From: Nitrospirota bacterium
Lineage (GTDB): Bacteria; Nitrospirota; UBA9217
Reading direction: 5' to 3'
Assembly (NCBI GenBank): GCA_963737155.1
Contig: CAVTRN010000002.1
Location: forward strand, 1,792,001 to 1,856,000
Length of the DNA stretch: 64,000 nucleotides
Made by a program: the position numbers and the translations under genes. Position 1 is the first letter of the stretch, and the number at the start of each line of letters is the position of its first letter. The notes beneath the pieces are model-generated. The model was given only the letters and a program-made list of their open reading frames with translations, did no database searches and was not told the origin of the DNA. This document shows positions 46,216-56,229 of the stretch, one piece after another.

Positions 46216-47941
46216 AAGACTGTTGACATATCTGATACCTCACAAGGTACGGCTTTTCTGGTCTGCTGTTTTCATGGGGATCACGAGCGGGCTGATCTCT
46301 CTCCAGGCCTATATCGTGCAGCCGGTCCTGGACAACGTATTTTTGAAGAAAGACGTCAAATTGCTGCTCCTCCTGCCACCGGCGCTGATGATCGTTGTCA
46401 TCCTTAAAGGCGCCGCAGCGTATGCTCGCGATTACCTCATGGGGTATATCGGCCAGCGCATCGTAAATAATATTCGCGATCAGCTCTATTGCCACTTGAC
46501 CGACCTTTCTTTTTCGTTTTATGCCAGAACCCCTACCGGAGTTCTTATTTCCAGGATCATTAATGACGTAAACCTCGTGCAAGGCGCGCTGACCAGGGCC
46601 CCTTCGAGCTTGGTGCAGGGAGTGCTTACCATGGTTGCCCTCACGGTATACGTCCTCTATAAGGATTGGCGGCTTGCTCTTTTCTCCGTTGTGGTTATGC
46701 CCTTGCTGGGTGTTGCGCTGTCCAAATTCAGCCGGCGTTACCGGCGCGCAAGCACGCAAATGCAGGAACAATACGGCGATCTCACCATACACTTGCATGA
46801 AACAATTGCAGGCATCCGGATCGTCAAGGCCTTCGGCATGGAAGCCTATGAGAACAAGCGGTTTGCCGATCGGAACAAGGCCCTTTTCAATTCCCTCATG
46901 CGCCAGATTAAAGTCAGTGCGATCGCTCACCCTATCATGGAAACTATCAGCACCTTCGGGATTGCGGTTGTCATTCTCATCGGCGGCTACTGGATCATCG
47001 GAGGCAGAATGACGGTCGGGGAATTCTTCTCCTTCATGGCCGCCCTGTATTTTTTATATCGTCCGCTCAAGGATCTGAATGGCGTAAACAATATGGTTCA
47101 GGACGGAGTTGCCGCGGCGAAGCGTATTTTTGAGGTGCTTGATACGGTGCCGGAGATCAAAAACCGTCCTGGAGCCGTACAATTACAGCCGGGCTTCAAA
47201 TCCATAGAATTCCGAGATGTTTCATTTCGATATGAAGACGCTCTGGTTTTGAAGGATATTTCGCTGTCCGTCCGTGCAGGAGAAACGATTGCTATCGTGG
47301 GAAAGAGCGGTGGAGGAAAAACTACCCTGGTGAACCTCATCCCCCGTTTCTTTGATGTCTCCGATGGTGCTATTCTCATTGATGGATGCGATATCCGCGA
47401 CACTACTCAGGAATCCCTCCGGGCTTTGACCGCCATTGTTACACAGCAAACCATTCTGTTCAACGATACGGTCAGGAATAACATCGCTTATGGGAATACG
47501 ACAAAATCCTTTCAGGATGTCATGAATGCTTCAAAATCAGCCTATGCCGATGATTTTATTGAAAAGCTCCCGCACAAGTATGATACGACCATTGGTGAAG
47601 CGGGCGTCAAACTATCTGGTGGCCAGCGGCAGCGGATCGCCATTGCGCGAGCTCTTCTGAAGGACGCCCCTGTGCTCATCCTCGATGAGGCAACGTCATC
47701 CCTCGACACACAGTCCGAACGGGAGGTGCAGAACGCTCTCGACAGGCTCATGGTTGGCAGGACAAGTTTTGTCATCGCCCACCGACTCTCGACGATCATG
47801 AACGCCGACAGGATCATCGTCCTGAAAGACGGACGGATCGTAGAACAGGGAAGGCATGATGAACTTCTGGCACAAGGAGGAGAATATAGAAACCTCTATG
47901 AACAGCAGTTTCGTGACGAAGCACCCGTGAAGGTGTTATGA
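46202..47941 (+). CDS. msbA: Lipid A export ABC transporter MsbA
   Basis: TM domain plus NBD (GKSGGGKT, LSGGQRQR, LDEATS, AHRLST); lipid A operon context. Confidence 0.92.
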   Translation: MEIYKRLLTYLIPHKVRLFWSAVFMGITSGLISLQAYIVQPVLDNVFLKKDVKLLLLLPPALMIVVILKGAAAYARDYLMGYIGQRIVNNIRDQLYCHLTDLSFSFYARTPTGVLISRIINDVNLVQGALTRAPSSLVQGVLTMVALTVYVLYKDWRLALFSVVVMPLLGVALSKFSRRYRRASTQMQEQYGDLTIHLHETIAGIRIVKAFGMEAYENKRFADRNKALFNSLMRQIKVSAIAHPIMETISTFGIAVVILIGGYWIIGGRMTVGEFFSFMAALYFLYRPLKDLNGVNNMVQDGVAAAKRIFEVLDTVPEIKNRPGAVQLQPGFKSIEFRDVSFRYEDALVLKDISLSVRAGETIAIVGKSGGGKTTLVNLIPRFFDVSDGAILIDGCDIRDTTQESLRALTAIVTQQTILFNDTVRNNIAYGNTTKSFQDVMNASKSAYADDFIEKLPHKYDTTIGEAGVKLSGGQRQRIAIARALLKDAPVLILDEATSSLDTQSEREVQNALDRLMVGRTSFVIAHRLSTIMNADRIIVLKDGRIVEQGRHDELLAQGGEYRNLYEQQFRDEAPVKVL

Positions 47942-48591
47942 TGTTCAGGGCCCGGATATTCTCCTGGATCGGCTGGGCATTGCTTTCGATCTGGAGCCGG
48001 ACGGTCCGCATCCGTTTTGAAAACAAGGCGGTCCTTGATGGTCTTTTCGCGGAAGGGGAAAACGCCATTTTCGCTTTCTGGCATGGAAGGCAGCTCCTCC
48101 TGTTCCATACCTATCGGCATTCGGGTATCGTTATACCCGCCAGTGAAAGCCGGGACGGTGAAATACAGGCGGGGATATTGCAACGATTCGGTTTTGAGGT
48201 CGTTCGCGGTTCAAGCAAACGAAAAGGAGAACGCGCACTCCTTGGACTTGTCGACGCCCTGAGAAAGGGTAAAAGTGTTGCGCTTGCCGTGGACGGTCCG
48301 CACGGTCCCCTGCATGAGGTGAAGCAGGGCGTGACCTATCTGGCTGGAAAACTGAAAAAACCGATCGTGCCAGCGGCTACCGGCGCGAAGCGCTACTGGA
48401 TTCTGGATAAAATCTGGGACAAATATCTGCTTCCTGTTCCTTTCACGGAAGGTGTTATCGTGATTGGCGATCCGATTATTGTTGAGGGGACATCCGAGGA
48501 AGAGCTTGAAACCAAACGCAGGGAAGTGGAAGCGGCCTTGAACCGACTTATGACGCGTGCAGACGGGTATTTTAGAAAACAGACTCACTAA
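47938..48591 (+). CDS. DUF374 lysophospholipid-acyltransferase family protein (LpxJ-like late acyltransferase)
   Basis: FWHG, S.SRDGE, VRGSS, AVDGP.GP, WDKYLLP.PF; between msbA and waaA. Confidence 0.8.
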   Translation: MMFRARIFSWIGWALLSIWSRTVRIRFENKAVLDGLFAEGENAIFAFWHGRQLLLFHTYRHSGIVIPASESRDGEIQAGILQRFGFEVVRGSSKRKGERALLGLVDALRKGKSVALAVDGPHGPLHEVKQGVTYLAGKLKKPIVPAATGAKRYWILDKIWDKYLLPVPFTEGVIVIGDPIIVEGTSEEELETKRREVEAALNRLMTRADGYFRKQTH

Positions 48592-48610
48592 ATCTGAAAA
48601 TAGTTTTGCG

Positions 48611-48738
48611 CCGCAGATGTTTACAGCTCGAGGCAGATAACGCAAGATATTCTCTGTTTTTGTGCTTGCGCTTACCATTTTATTTTTAGGCTAAAATTTA
48701 ACTTTTTTGAAGTTTGTGTTTCACGCTTTCATCTGGGG
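48611..48738. repeat. Degenerate palindromic intergenic element
   Basis: CCGCAGATG at the left end, CATCTGGGG at the right end (8/9 inverted match); internal CAGAT repeat. Confidence 0.35.
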
Positions 48739-48794
48739 GTAGTGTTTGACTGCGGGAAAGATTGCATTTGTCTTTTGGAGCGGGAAGGCGATAT

Positions 48795-50057
48795 ATGTAC
48801 GTCATCTATAATCTATTATTGATCGTGGCAACAATTGTGCTGTCACCGGTTATTCTGTTCAAATTGATTACTGTTCCCAAGTACCGTGGAGGTTTGACGC
48901 AAAAATTTGGTCGCCTTCGAAAAAGCGTTATGAGGATCATCAAAGGGTCCCGCCCTATCTGGGTGCACGCCGTATCAGTCGGCGAAGTAATGGCGGCGCA
49001 CCCTCTTATCCGGGAGCTCAAAAAAAAATATCCAAAACGCAAACTGATCCTTTCAACGGTGACTATTACGGGCCATTATACTGCCCGGCGCCGCGTGCCT
49101 GAGGCGGACGCCGTCTTTTATTTCCCCTTCGATTACCCCTGTATCGTGCGGCGCGTTATTCGCGGCATCAATCCCGTGGTTGTGCTGGTCGCAGAAACGG
49201 AGCTGTGGCCTAATTTCTTTCGTGAACTCAAGCGTGCGGGGATTCCTTCTGCACTCATCAACGGCAGAATCTCATCAAAGTCTTACGGGAATTACCGCAA
49301 ATTCAAGACATTTTTTAGCCAGGTCTTTAGCAACGTAACGTTGTTCTGCATGCAATCGGAGGAAGACGCTCTTAGAATCAAGGATATCGGAGCGGATCCT
49401 GAAAAGGTTGTAGTTAGCGGGAATCTCAAGTTTGATCAGAAATTTTCCCCCTCCCATTCAAATCCTGTCATCATCCCGACCGGGAAAAGAGTCATTACTG
49501 CGGGGAGCACTCACCGCGGAGAAGAGGCGACGCTTCTCAATATCTTTACACGGCTGCGGGAAAAATATCCCATGCTTACGTTGATTGTCGCCCCGCGCCA
49601 TCCCGAACGCTTCGACGAGGTGGAAGGGATCATCAACAGCGCCGGCTACGAGTGCCAACGCCGTACCAGTATAAAAGGACCTGTCAGGGATGTTCTTCTA
49701 CTGGATACCATTGGTGAATTAAGAACCTTTTATGCACTTTGTGACATCGCTTTTGTCGGCGGGAGTCTTGTCAAGGTGGGAGGACATAATCTTCTCGAAC
49801 CGGCGGCGATGAAAAAGCCCGTTATCTTCAGCCGTTTTATGTTCAATTTCAAGGAAATATCGGAGGCGCTCATGTCTTCGGGCGGCGGGATTATGGTCAA
49901 AGATAAAAACGAGCTCTATGAACAACTCGACGGCCTGCTTGCCGATCCGGAGCGTGCAAGGAACATTGGCGAGCGGGCATTTCACGTTATAGAAGTCAAC
50001 TCCGGCGCCGCTAAAAAGACGCTTGACGCCATCGGCAGGTTGATCATTGCTCAGTAA
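48795..50057 (+). CDS. waaA: 3-deoxy-D-manno-octulosonic acid (Kdo) transferase
   Basis: WVHAVSVGE, ETELWPN, GNLKFD, APRHPER, GGHNLLEPA. Confidence 0.96.
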   Translation: MYVIYNLLLIVATIVLSPVILFKLITVPKYRGGLTQKFGRLRKSVMRIIKGSRPIWVHAVSVGEVMAAHPLIRELKKKYPKRKLILSTVTITGHYTARRRVPEADAVFYFPFDYPCIVRRVIRGINPVVVLVAETELWPNFFRELKRAGIPSALINGRISSKSYGNYRKFKTFFSQVFSNVTLFCMQSEEDALRIKDIGADPEKVVVSGNLKFDQKFSPSHSNPVIIPTGKRVITAGSTHRGEEATLLNIFTRLREKYPMLTLIVAPRHPERFDEVEGIINSAGYECQRRTSIKGPVRDVLLLDTIGELRTFYALCDIAFVGGSLVKVGGHNLLEPAAMKKPVIFSRFMFNFKEISEALMSSGGGIMVKDKNELYEQLDGLLADPERARNIGERAFHVIEVNSGAAKKTLDAIGRLIIAQ

Positions 50058-51120
50058 GTCCTCTGTTGAAGATGTGATGTATGGGAGAAAAAAGTCGCTT
50101 TTGCTCGGCGCGGTACTGTATCTAATCTCCCTTATCTACCGGGCCGGTGTCGGTCTGCGGAGAACTCTTTACCGTTACGGAATGCTCAAAAGCAGATCGC
50201 TGCCATGCAGGGTCATTTCCGTCGGCAATATTACCCTCGGAGGAACTGGCAAGACCCCCCTCGTCATTTCCCTTGCCGGTTTCCTTTTGCAAAAAGAGAT
50301 GCACCCCGCAGTTGTCAGCCGCGGTTATGGAAGAAAGGATGAATCGCAAACGCTGATCGTTTCGGATGCCCGGGAGGTTCTAACCGACACGGCAACAGGC
50401 GGTGACGAGCCAGTCCTTATCGGATACAGGCTTCTTGGCGTCCCCGTTATAGTCGGCGGCAATCGATATGCCGCAGCGCAATACGCCATACAGCGCTTCA
50501 ACTCTGGCGTGGTGATCCTTGATGACGGTTTTCAGCATCTCGGGCTGAGGCGGAACCTGGATATTGTCCTAGTTGATGCCACCGATCCATTCGGGAATGG
50601 GAAAAGCTTTCCCGCGGGAATTCTCAGGGAGCCGATTAATGCGCTTCGTCGCGCACAGGCGGTCATCATTACCAGAAGCAATGCCGTTGCATCGATCGAG
50701 GTGCTCAAAGCAAGGATCGGACGAGTAACTTCAGCCAGGATATTCACCTCATTTCACCGTCCGCTGGACTTGACCAATGATGGCACCGGTGAACTCAAAC
50801 CGCTGTCGGTGCTTCGCGGAACAAAGGTTCTGATGTTTTCGGGCATAGCGCACCCGGAGTCCTTCTCATCATTATTGAAAGCACTTGGCGCTGTCATATC
50901 GGGAGAAATCATTTACCCTGATCATTATGAGTTTATGAAGACGGATTTGGCAGCGGTATTTAGAAAGGCGACTGATGACCACGTAAACATGATTGTTACT
51001 ACGGAAAAAGACGCTGTTCGGCTTCGCACGCTCAAACCGGACGGCATCTGGGCACTCCGTATTGAAATCGTGATCGCAGAACGAGAGGAATGGGAAACGT
51101 TTATTCTGGACAATCTATGA
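50047..51120 (+). CDS. lpxK: Tetraacyldisaccharide 4'-kinase
   Basis: VGNITLGGTGKTP, SRGYG, GDEP, LDDGFQH, TTEKDAVR. Confidence 0.96.
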   Translation: MLSKSSVEDVMYGRKKSLLLGAVLYLISLIYRAGVGLRRTLYRYGMLKSRSLPCRVISVGNITLGGTGKTPLVISLAGFLLQKEMHPAVVSRGYGRKDESQTLIVSDAREVLTDTATGGDEPVLIGYRLLGVPVIVGGNRYAAAQYAIQRFNSGVVILDDGFQHLGLRRNLDIVLVDATDPFGNGKSFPAGILREPINALRRAQAVIITRSNAVASIEVLKARIGRVTSARIFTSFHRPLDLTNDGTGELKPLSVLRGTKVLMFSGIAHPESFSSLLKALGAVISGEIIYPDHYEFMKTDLAAVFRKATDDHVNMIVTTEKDAVRLRTLKPDGIWALRIEIVIAEREEWETFILDNL

Positions 51121-51701
51121 ACAGAGCGGTATTCCTCGATAGAGATGGCACGGTCAATGTCGAAGTGGGGTACCTCAGCGACCTGAACCAACTCCGGCTG
51201 ATTCCTGACGCCGGCGCTGCCATCAAACGTCTGAACGAGGAAGGACTCAAGGTCGTTCTGGTCACTAATCAATCGGGGGTGGCACGCGGGTATTTCTCCG
51301 AATCCCTTGTCCAAGAAGCCAATGTCCGGCTCAAACAAATGCTTTTGAAGGATGGCGCGAGCGTAGATGGAATCTACTACTGTCCGCACCATCCTACGGC
51401 GGGCAATTCCCACTATACGACGGCATGCGATTGTCGTAAGCCCGGTACCGGCATGATCGACCGTGCTGCAATTGACTTACGCATCGATGTGAAAAGATCA
51501 TTTGTCGTGGGAGACAAGTGGAGTGATGTGGAACTCGGACAACGGGCAGGGGCGAGGTCTATCCTGGTCAAGTCCGGCTTTGCGCAGGAGGACGCAGGAA
51601 ATGTGCGTCCCAATCATATGAACGATCCTGATTTCATTGCCAACACCCTCACTGAAGCAGTTGAATGGATACTCCTGCAGACGTCGCGGAATGAGCGATG
51701 A
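51117..51701 (+). CDS. gmhB: D-glycero-D-manno-heptose 1,7-bisphosphate phosphatase
   Basis: FLDRDGT, TNQSG, YCPHHP..CDCRKP, VGDK.SD. Confidence 0.93.
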   Translation: MNRAVFLDRDGTVNVEVGYLSDLNQLRLIPDAGAAIKRLNEEGLKVVLVTNQSGVARGYFSESLVQEANVRLKQMLLKDGASVDGIYYCPHHPTAGNSHYTTACDCRKPGTGMIDRAAIDLRIDVKRSFVVGDKWSDVELGQRAGARSILVKSGFAQEDAGNVRPNHMNDPDFIANTLTEAVEWILLQTSRNER

Positions 51702-52762
51702 TATTGAAGGCTGATAAAATACTTGTTCTACGCTATCGATTTATCGGCGATACGGTCCTTACCGTGCCGTTCCTCAGAAACCTACGCGAAGCTTTTCCTA
51801 TGGCCCGCATCGACTTGATGCTCGAACCATTCTCTGGTCAGGTCCTCGAGGGCTGCCCTTACGTTGATCGGATCATCCCGTTTGAAATAAAAACAATCCA
51901 CCGATACAGCAATAAATCGGAACAAAATAAGCTCGCCAGCTTTATGCAGTGCAGGAGGAAGATAAAGGAAGAGCATTACGACGCTGCTTTTGTTTTGAAG
52001 CGGTCCTTGTCAAGCGCTCTGCTTGTCTGGTCATCTGGAATCCCTCGTCGCATCGGGTTCTCCACTGAAGGACGGGGCCTATTTCTTACCGATTCTGTGA
52101 AATACAGAAATGACCAGCACGAAGTCAATAACTTTCTCGACTGCCTGCGAAAACTCAATATTCCGGTCCGGAACCAGCTCCTCGAACTCTGGCCATCTCC
52201 GGAAGGAGAGGCCAAGGCCCGATCCATTTTTGCAGAAAAAGGCTGGGGGAAATCCGATCTTAAAATCATCATCCACGCAGCAGCAAGTCTTCCTGCTAAA
52301 CAATGGCCGCTGGACCGGTTTAGTGCGGTGATGCAAGTTCTGCAGAGTAAATATGGGGCACACTTCATATACACCGGCGCAAGTGAGGATGCGGCGCTGT
52401 ACGCCGAAATCGAAAAAAAGGGTCCTTTTAAAAGTTTAAATCTGTGTGGGATAACCACGTTGCATGAGAATATATCAATTTATCGCGGGTCGGACCTCTT
52501 TTTCGGAGTAGATTCCGGACCTATGCACATAGCTGCCGCCGTCGGTGTGCCGACGGTTGCCCTTTTTGGCCCTACTGATGAACGGAAATGGGGGCCTTGG
52601 GGAGATGGGCATAGAGTCATCACCAAGAGGTTATCGTGTTATCCCTGCAAAGCGCACAAGTGCACGAACAATGAGTGCATGAAGCGGATAAGTGTGGATG
52701 AGGCACTTAGCGTATTGGAACAAAATATTAAGATTCTGTCATTGAGAACTTTAACATATTAA
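51698..52762 (+). CDS. waaF: LPS heptosyltransferase (GT9, WaaF-like)
   Basis: IGDTVLT.P, KQWP, DSGPMHIAAAVG.PTVALFGPT. Confidence 0.82.
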   Translation: MILKADKILVLRYRFIGDTVLTVPFLRNLREAFPMARIDLMLEPFSGQVLEGCPYVDRIIPFEIKTIHRYSNKSEQNKLASFMQCRRKIKEEHYDAAFVLKRSLSSALLVWSSGIPRRIGFSTEGRGLFLTDSVKYRNDQHEVNNFLDCLRKLNIPVRNQLLELWPSPEGEAKARSIFAEKGWGKSDLKIIIHAAASLPAKQWPLDRFSAVMQVLQSKYGAHFIYTGASEDAALYAEIEKKGPFKSLNLCGITTLHENISIYRGSDLFFGVDSGPMHIAAAVGVPTVALFGPTDERKWGPWGDGHRVITKRLSCYPCKAHKCTNNECMKRISVDEALSVLEQNIKILSLRTLTY

Positions 52763-52824
52763 CTTGTCACCTATTATCAATATACCACTTCAATGTGAAT
52801 TCTTCAAAAAACAAGGAATGAAAC

Positions 52825-53601
52825 ATGGGAGATAGAAAAGCGAAGATATCGGTCACCATACGTACTTTCAATGAAGAACTGAACATCAGGGAATGCCTTG
52901 GGAGTGTTGCCTGGGCCGACGAGATCGTCGTTGTCGACTCGGAAAGCACGGACAATACTGTTTCTCTGGCCCGTGAATTCACGGATAAGGTCACAGTCCA
53001 GAAATGGCTCGGCCATATTGGCCAAAGCCAGTTCGCCACGGATCGGACGAAAAACCTCTGGGTGCTACACATAGATGCAGACGAGCGAGTGTCACCGGCT
53101 CTTCGTGACGAGATCCTTGCGCTGGATTTGGACAACACCTCTTGTGACGCCTATGAAATGCCGCGCCATCATTTTTTCATGCAGAAGTGGATCAACCATT
53201 CAGGGTGGTATCCAGACTACAAGATCCGTTTATTTCGCAGAGACCGGTGCAGGTGGGGAGGCTATGCTCCTCACGATGAGGTTAAGGTCAAGGGCCGTAA
53301 GGAAAAGCTACGGAACGAACTCCTCCATTACATATACGCTGACATCGCACACTTTGCAGCAACAAAGAATCATTACTCGTCGCTTACTGCGGCAGACCAC
53401 TTTAAAAACGGCAGGAGAGCGCATATTATCGATTTTACTTTGCGACCGCTCTATACTTTTCTTTACCGCTATTTTGTCCGCTTAGGAATTGCTGACGGCA
53501 TAGCCGGATTTACGATATCGGTCATGGAGGCCCATGCTGTATTCATGAAATATATTAAATTATATGAGATTCAATATAAACTCTGGAGATTTCCGAAATA
53601 G
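52825..53601 (+). CDS. GT2 LPS core glycosyltransferase (WaaE/KdtX-like)
   Basis: TFNEE.NI, VVDS.STD, IDADE, WYPDY..RLFRR. Confidence 0.88.
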   Translation: MGDRKAKISVTIRTFNEELNIRECLGSVAWADEIVVVDSESTDNTVSLAREFTDKVTVQKWLGHIGQSQFATDRTKNLWVLHIDADERVSPALRDEILALDLDNTSCDAYEMPRHHFFMQKWINHSGWYPDYKIRLFRRDRCRWGGYAPHDEVKVKGRKEKLRNELLHYIYADIAHFAATKNHYSSLTAADHFKNGRRAHIIDFTLRPLYTFLYRYFVRLGIADGIAGFTISVMEAHAVFMKYIKLYEIQYKLWRFPK

Positions 53602-53618
53602 CATAAAGAAGCAGCTGT

Positions 53619-53886
53619 AAAGATTACCGTCACCCATATATACTTTCCGCAATCCGTACGGGATTGACCACTATGATATCACGCGAGATCCATCATCAGG
53701 GGCTAGAGAGCCAGTTAACTACAGACGGAAGGGCCAATTTTCTCTTTTACCGTCCTGCCACGTTTGTGTTTAAAATCGTCGCGCGCCTCGAATTATCGTG
53801 ATGGTAAGCCGGGGCTGGTGTTAAACTCGTTCCATCCATATTATGTGTTCGCAAAATACACCAAGGCATGGGTGTATCTTAAATGA
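53619..53886 (+). pseudogene. Decayed, internally deleted paralog of the upstream GT2 gene
   Basis: 5' AAGATTACCGTCACCCATATATACTTTC resembles the start of the GT2 gene (AAGATATCGGTCACCATACGTACTTTC); 3' frame reads NYRDGKPGLVLNSFHPYYVFAKYTKAW, a typical C-terminus for this family. Confidence 0.65.
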
Positions 53887-53951
53887 CGCTAAGGACGCAG
53901 GGAATTGGGCGATGAGTAAGCAATCATGCCTATCCTTTCTGCACGAGAATC

Positions 53952-55049
53952 ATGAAAGTCCTGTTCGTGAATAATTTCGGGGGACGAGGCGGTGGCGAGG
54001 AGTTTCTTTGCGACCTATTACCGGGGCTTGTTCACAAAGGCGTCCAGGTGGGTCTTGTCTGTCGTCCCAATACGCCGCTTGTCGCCATATTCAAAGACAG
54101 CAATATTGCCCTTTATCCCATTCCAAGGTCGGGAACGGACGGTCCGTCGTCTGTCTTTAAAACAGCCAAGGCAATACGAGGGAAGCAATACGATATTGTC
54201 GCCATCCAACGCGGCCATGATATAATCCAATCATGGATCGGCGCGTTACTTTCAGGCACAAGACCGGTCCTCACATATACGCCCCAGGTGCCTGAATTTA
54301 TCCGCTCTCGCCTTCTTCTCAGCCGCATGCGGAAGATTGTCACGATCTCAAGGTACATCAGGGACAAGGTTGTTTCGTATTATCCCTCCATTGCGCCTGA
54401 TATCAGTATTATCTATTACGGCATAGATACGGGACGGTTCCATACAGGCCCTGAGCGCAAGGACACGATCAGGGACCGATTCGGCCTTTCGCCGCTGACG
54501 CGGATAATCGGTACCGTGGGGGATCTCTGGAAAAATCAGATAGAGTTCCTCGATGCTATGCCGCATATCAGAAAAGTGTTTGCCGATGTCAAATTTGCAC
54601 TGGTTGCCTCTGAAGCGGGAATCGGTCAGATCCAGGATTTTAAAGAACGAGCTGCCCAACTCGGTGTTGCCGATAGCATTCTCTGGGTCGGGAGACTTTC
54701 AAAAGATGAGATGCTATCCTTCTATGACGCTATAGACATCGCGGTTAGTACCCATCGAAATGAGGGATTCGGCATCTGGGTACTGGAATCCCTGTCCATG
54801 GGAAAGCCGGTGGTAGCCTTCAACGAGGGTGGGATCCGGGATTCACTCGAACACTGTCCCGGCGGCGTACTGGTGAGCGGGGGGGCACCCGAAATGGCCA
54901 GGGAAATTATAACAATTTTGTCGAATGAAGAGCTGCGGAATAAAATGTCTGTTGCAGCTAGGCAATGGGTAACCGAGAAATTCAACAGGGAACGGATGGT
55001 GGATGATTATTACCGCTTTTTTAAAGAGATCGCTGACTCAAGAAGCTGA
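53952..55049 (+). CDS. GT4 glycosyltransferase
   Basis: GGGE N-terminal motif; EGFGIWVLESLSMGKPVV. Confidence 0.9.
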   Translation: MKVLFVNNFGGRGGGEEFLCDLLPGLVHKGVQVGLVCRPNTPLVAIFKDSNIALYPIPRSGTDGPSSVFKTAKAIRGKQYDIVAIQRGHDIIQSWIGALLSGTRPVLTYTPQVPEFIRSRLLLSRMRKIVTISRYIRDKVVSYYPSIAPDISIIYYGIDTGRFHTGPERKDTIRDRFGLSPLTRIIGTVGDLWKNQIEFLDAMPHIRKVFADVKFALVASEAGIGQIQDFKERAAQLGVADSILWVGRLSKDEMLSFYDAIDIAVSTHRNEGFGIWVLESLSMGKPVVAFNEGGIRDSLEHCPGGVLVSGGAPEMAREIITILSNEELRNKMSVAARQWVTEKFNRERMVDDYYRFFKEIADSRS

Positions 55050-55142
55050 TTTCACTTGCGAATTTTTTCAAATTATATTGTTTCATAAGTTAAAAGCATG
55101 TCTGTTTATCGATTTGTGCATTGACCCTCACTTGAGTTTAGC

Positions 55143-56219
55143 ATGAACATATTGATGATAATCTCCAAGAATGACCGCTACGGCGCCCAAAGAATATTTC
55201 TCGATCAGGTGCAGATTCTAAATTCTTTGGGAAACCGCGTTGTTGTCGTGGGACGGGGTTCCCATGGTTATGTCACCGAATCAGTGAGGGCAATGGGCGT
55301 CGAGTACGTGGGCATGCCCATGAAGGGGATTCGGGATGTCTATCGTATGATACTGATCGTCCGTCGACAGAGGATCGACGTTATCCATACGACGCTCGAC
55401 CGGGCTGATTACTTTGGCGTGATTCTCTCCGTGGTTACCCGCAAACCTGTTGTTAGCACAATGATGGTGCCCCGGTACCACCCGGGTTTTAAGTTCGTCG
55501 ACAAGGTTGTTGTTCTGTCGGAAAAACTGAGGGAACTTCTTCTGAAAAAGGGGATTAAATCGGAAGACATTACCGTGATAAGACCCGGCATTGATGTGGA
55601 CCGCTTTATCAATCCAGACCTGGCAAAGCGAGAAGCATGGAAGCACAAACTGAAGACGGATCAATATAGCACGATTTTCAGCCATACGGCAAGCATAATT
55701 CCAAGAAAAGCTCATCACGTTTCGTTGCAGCTAATTGCTGCCTGCAAGAAAATGGGTGAAATGCCGCTCCTTGTGATCATCGGGGATCCCTTGAAAGGGG
55801 AGTATTACGATTCACTGATCAAGCTTATCTCTCAAATGGATCTCCGGGAGAATGTTCATTTTACTGGCTGGACGGCCGACCTTCCGGAAATATTGTCACT
55901 CTGCCATATCACGCTTCTTCCCTCAGAGAACGAAGCACTGGGAATCGTTCTCATGGAAGGCATGGCCGCCGGCATGCCGATTGTCGCCCGGGAAGGCGAG
56001 GGGGGAGCGGAGTTGATAGCAGAATATGGGACAGGTTTCCTTTACCGCGATCGTGAGGGCATCGACGCGCTCGCAGATAAAATCGTGACATTGCGACGTG
56101 ATCGCGACCGCTACCAGGCCATTTCCACGGAATGCAAAAAAATAGCCGCAAATTCTTTTGGCATGAAGAACTTTGGTGAAAAACTCATCTATCTTTATCA
56201 AGCGATAGGAAGAACATAA
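55143..56219 (+). CDS. GT4 glycosyltransferase
   Basis: YGAQR; PSENEALGIVLMEGMAAGMPIV. Confidence 0.9.
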   Translation: MNILMIISKNDRYGAQRIFLDQVQILNSLGNRVVVVGRGSHGYVTESVRAMGVEYVGMPMKGIRDVYRMILIVRRQRIDVIHTTLDRADYFGVILSVVTRKPVVSTMMVPRYHPGFKFVDKVVVLSEKLRELLLKKGIKSEDITVIRPGIDVDRFINPDLAKREAWKHKLKTDQYSTIFSHTASIIPRKAHHVSLQLIAACKKMGEMPLLVIIGDPLKGEYYDSLIKLISQMDLRENVHFTGWTADLPEILSLCHITLLPSENEALGIVLMEGMAAGMPIVAREGEGGAELIAEYGTGFLYRDREGIDALADKIVTLRRDRDRYQAISTECKKIAANSFGMKNFGEKLIYLYQAIGRT

Positions 56220-56229
56220 AATCTGGATC

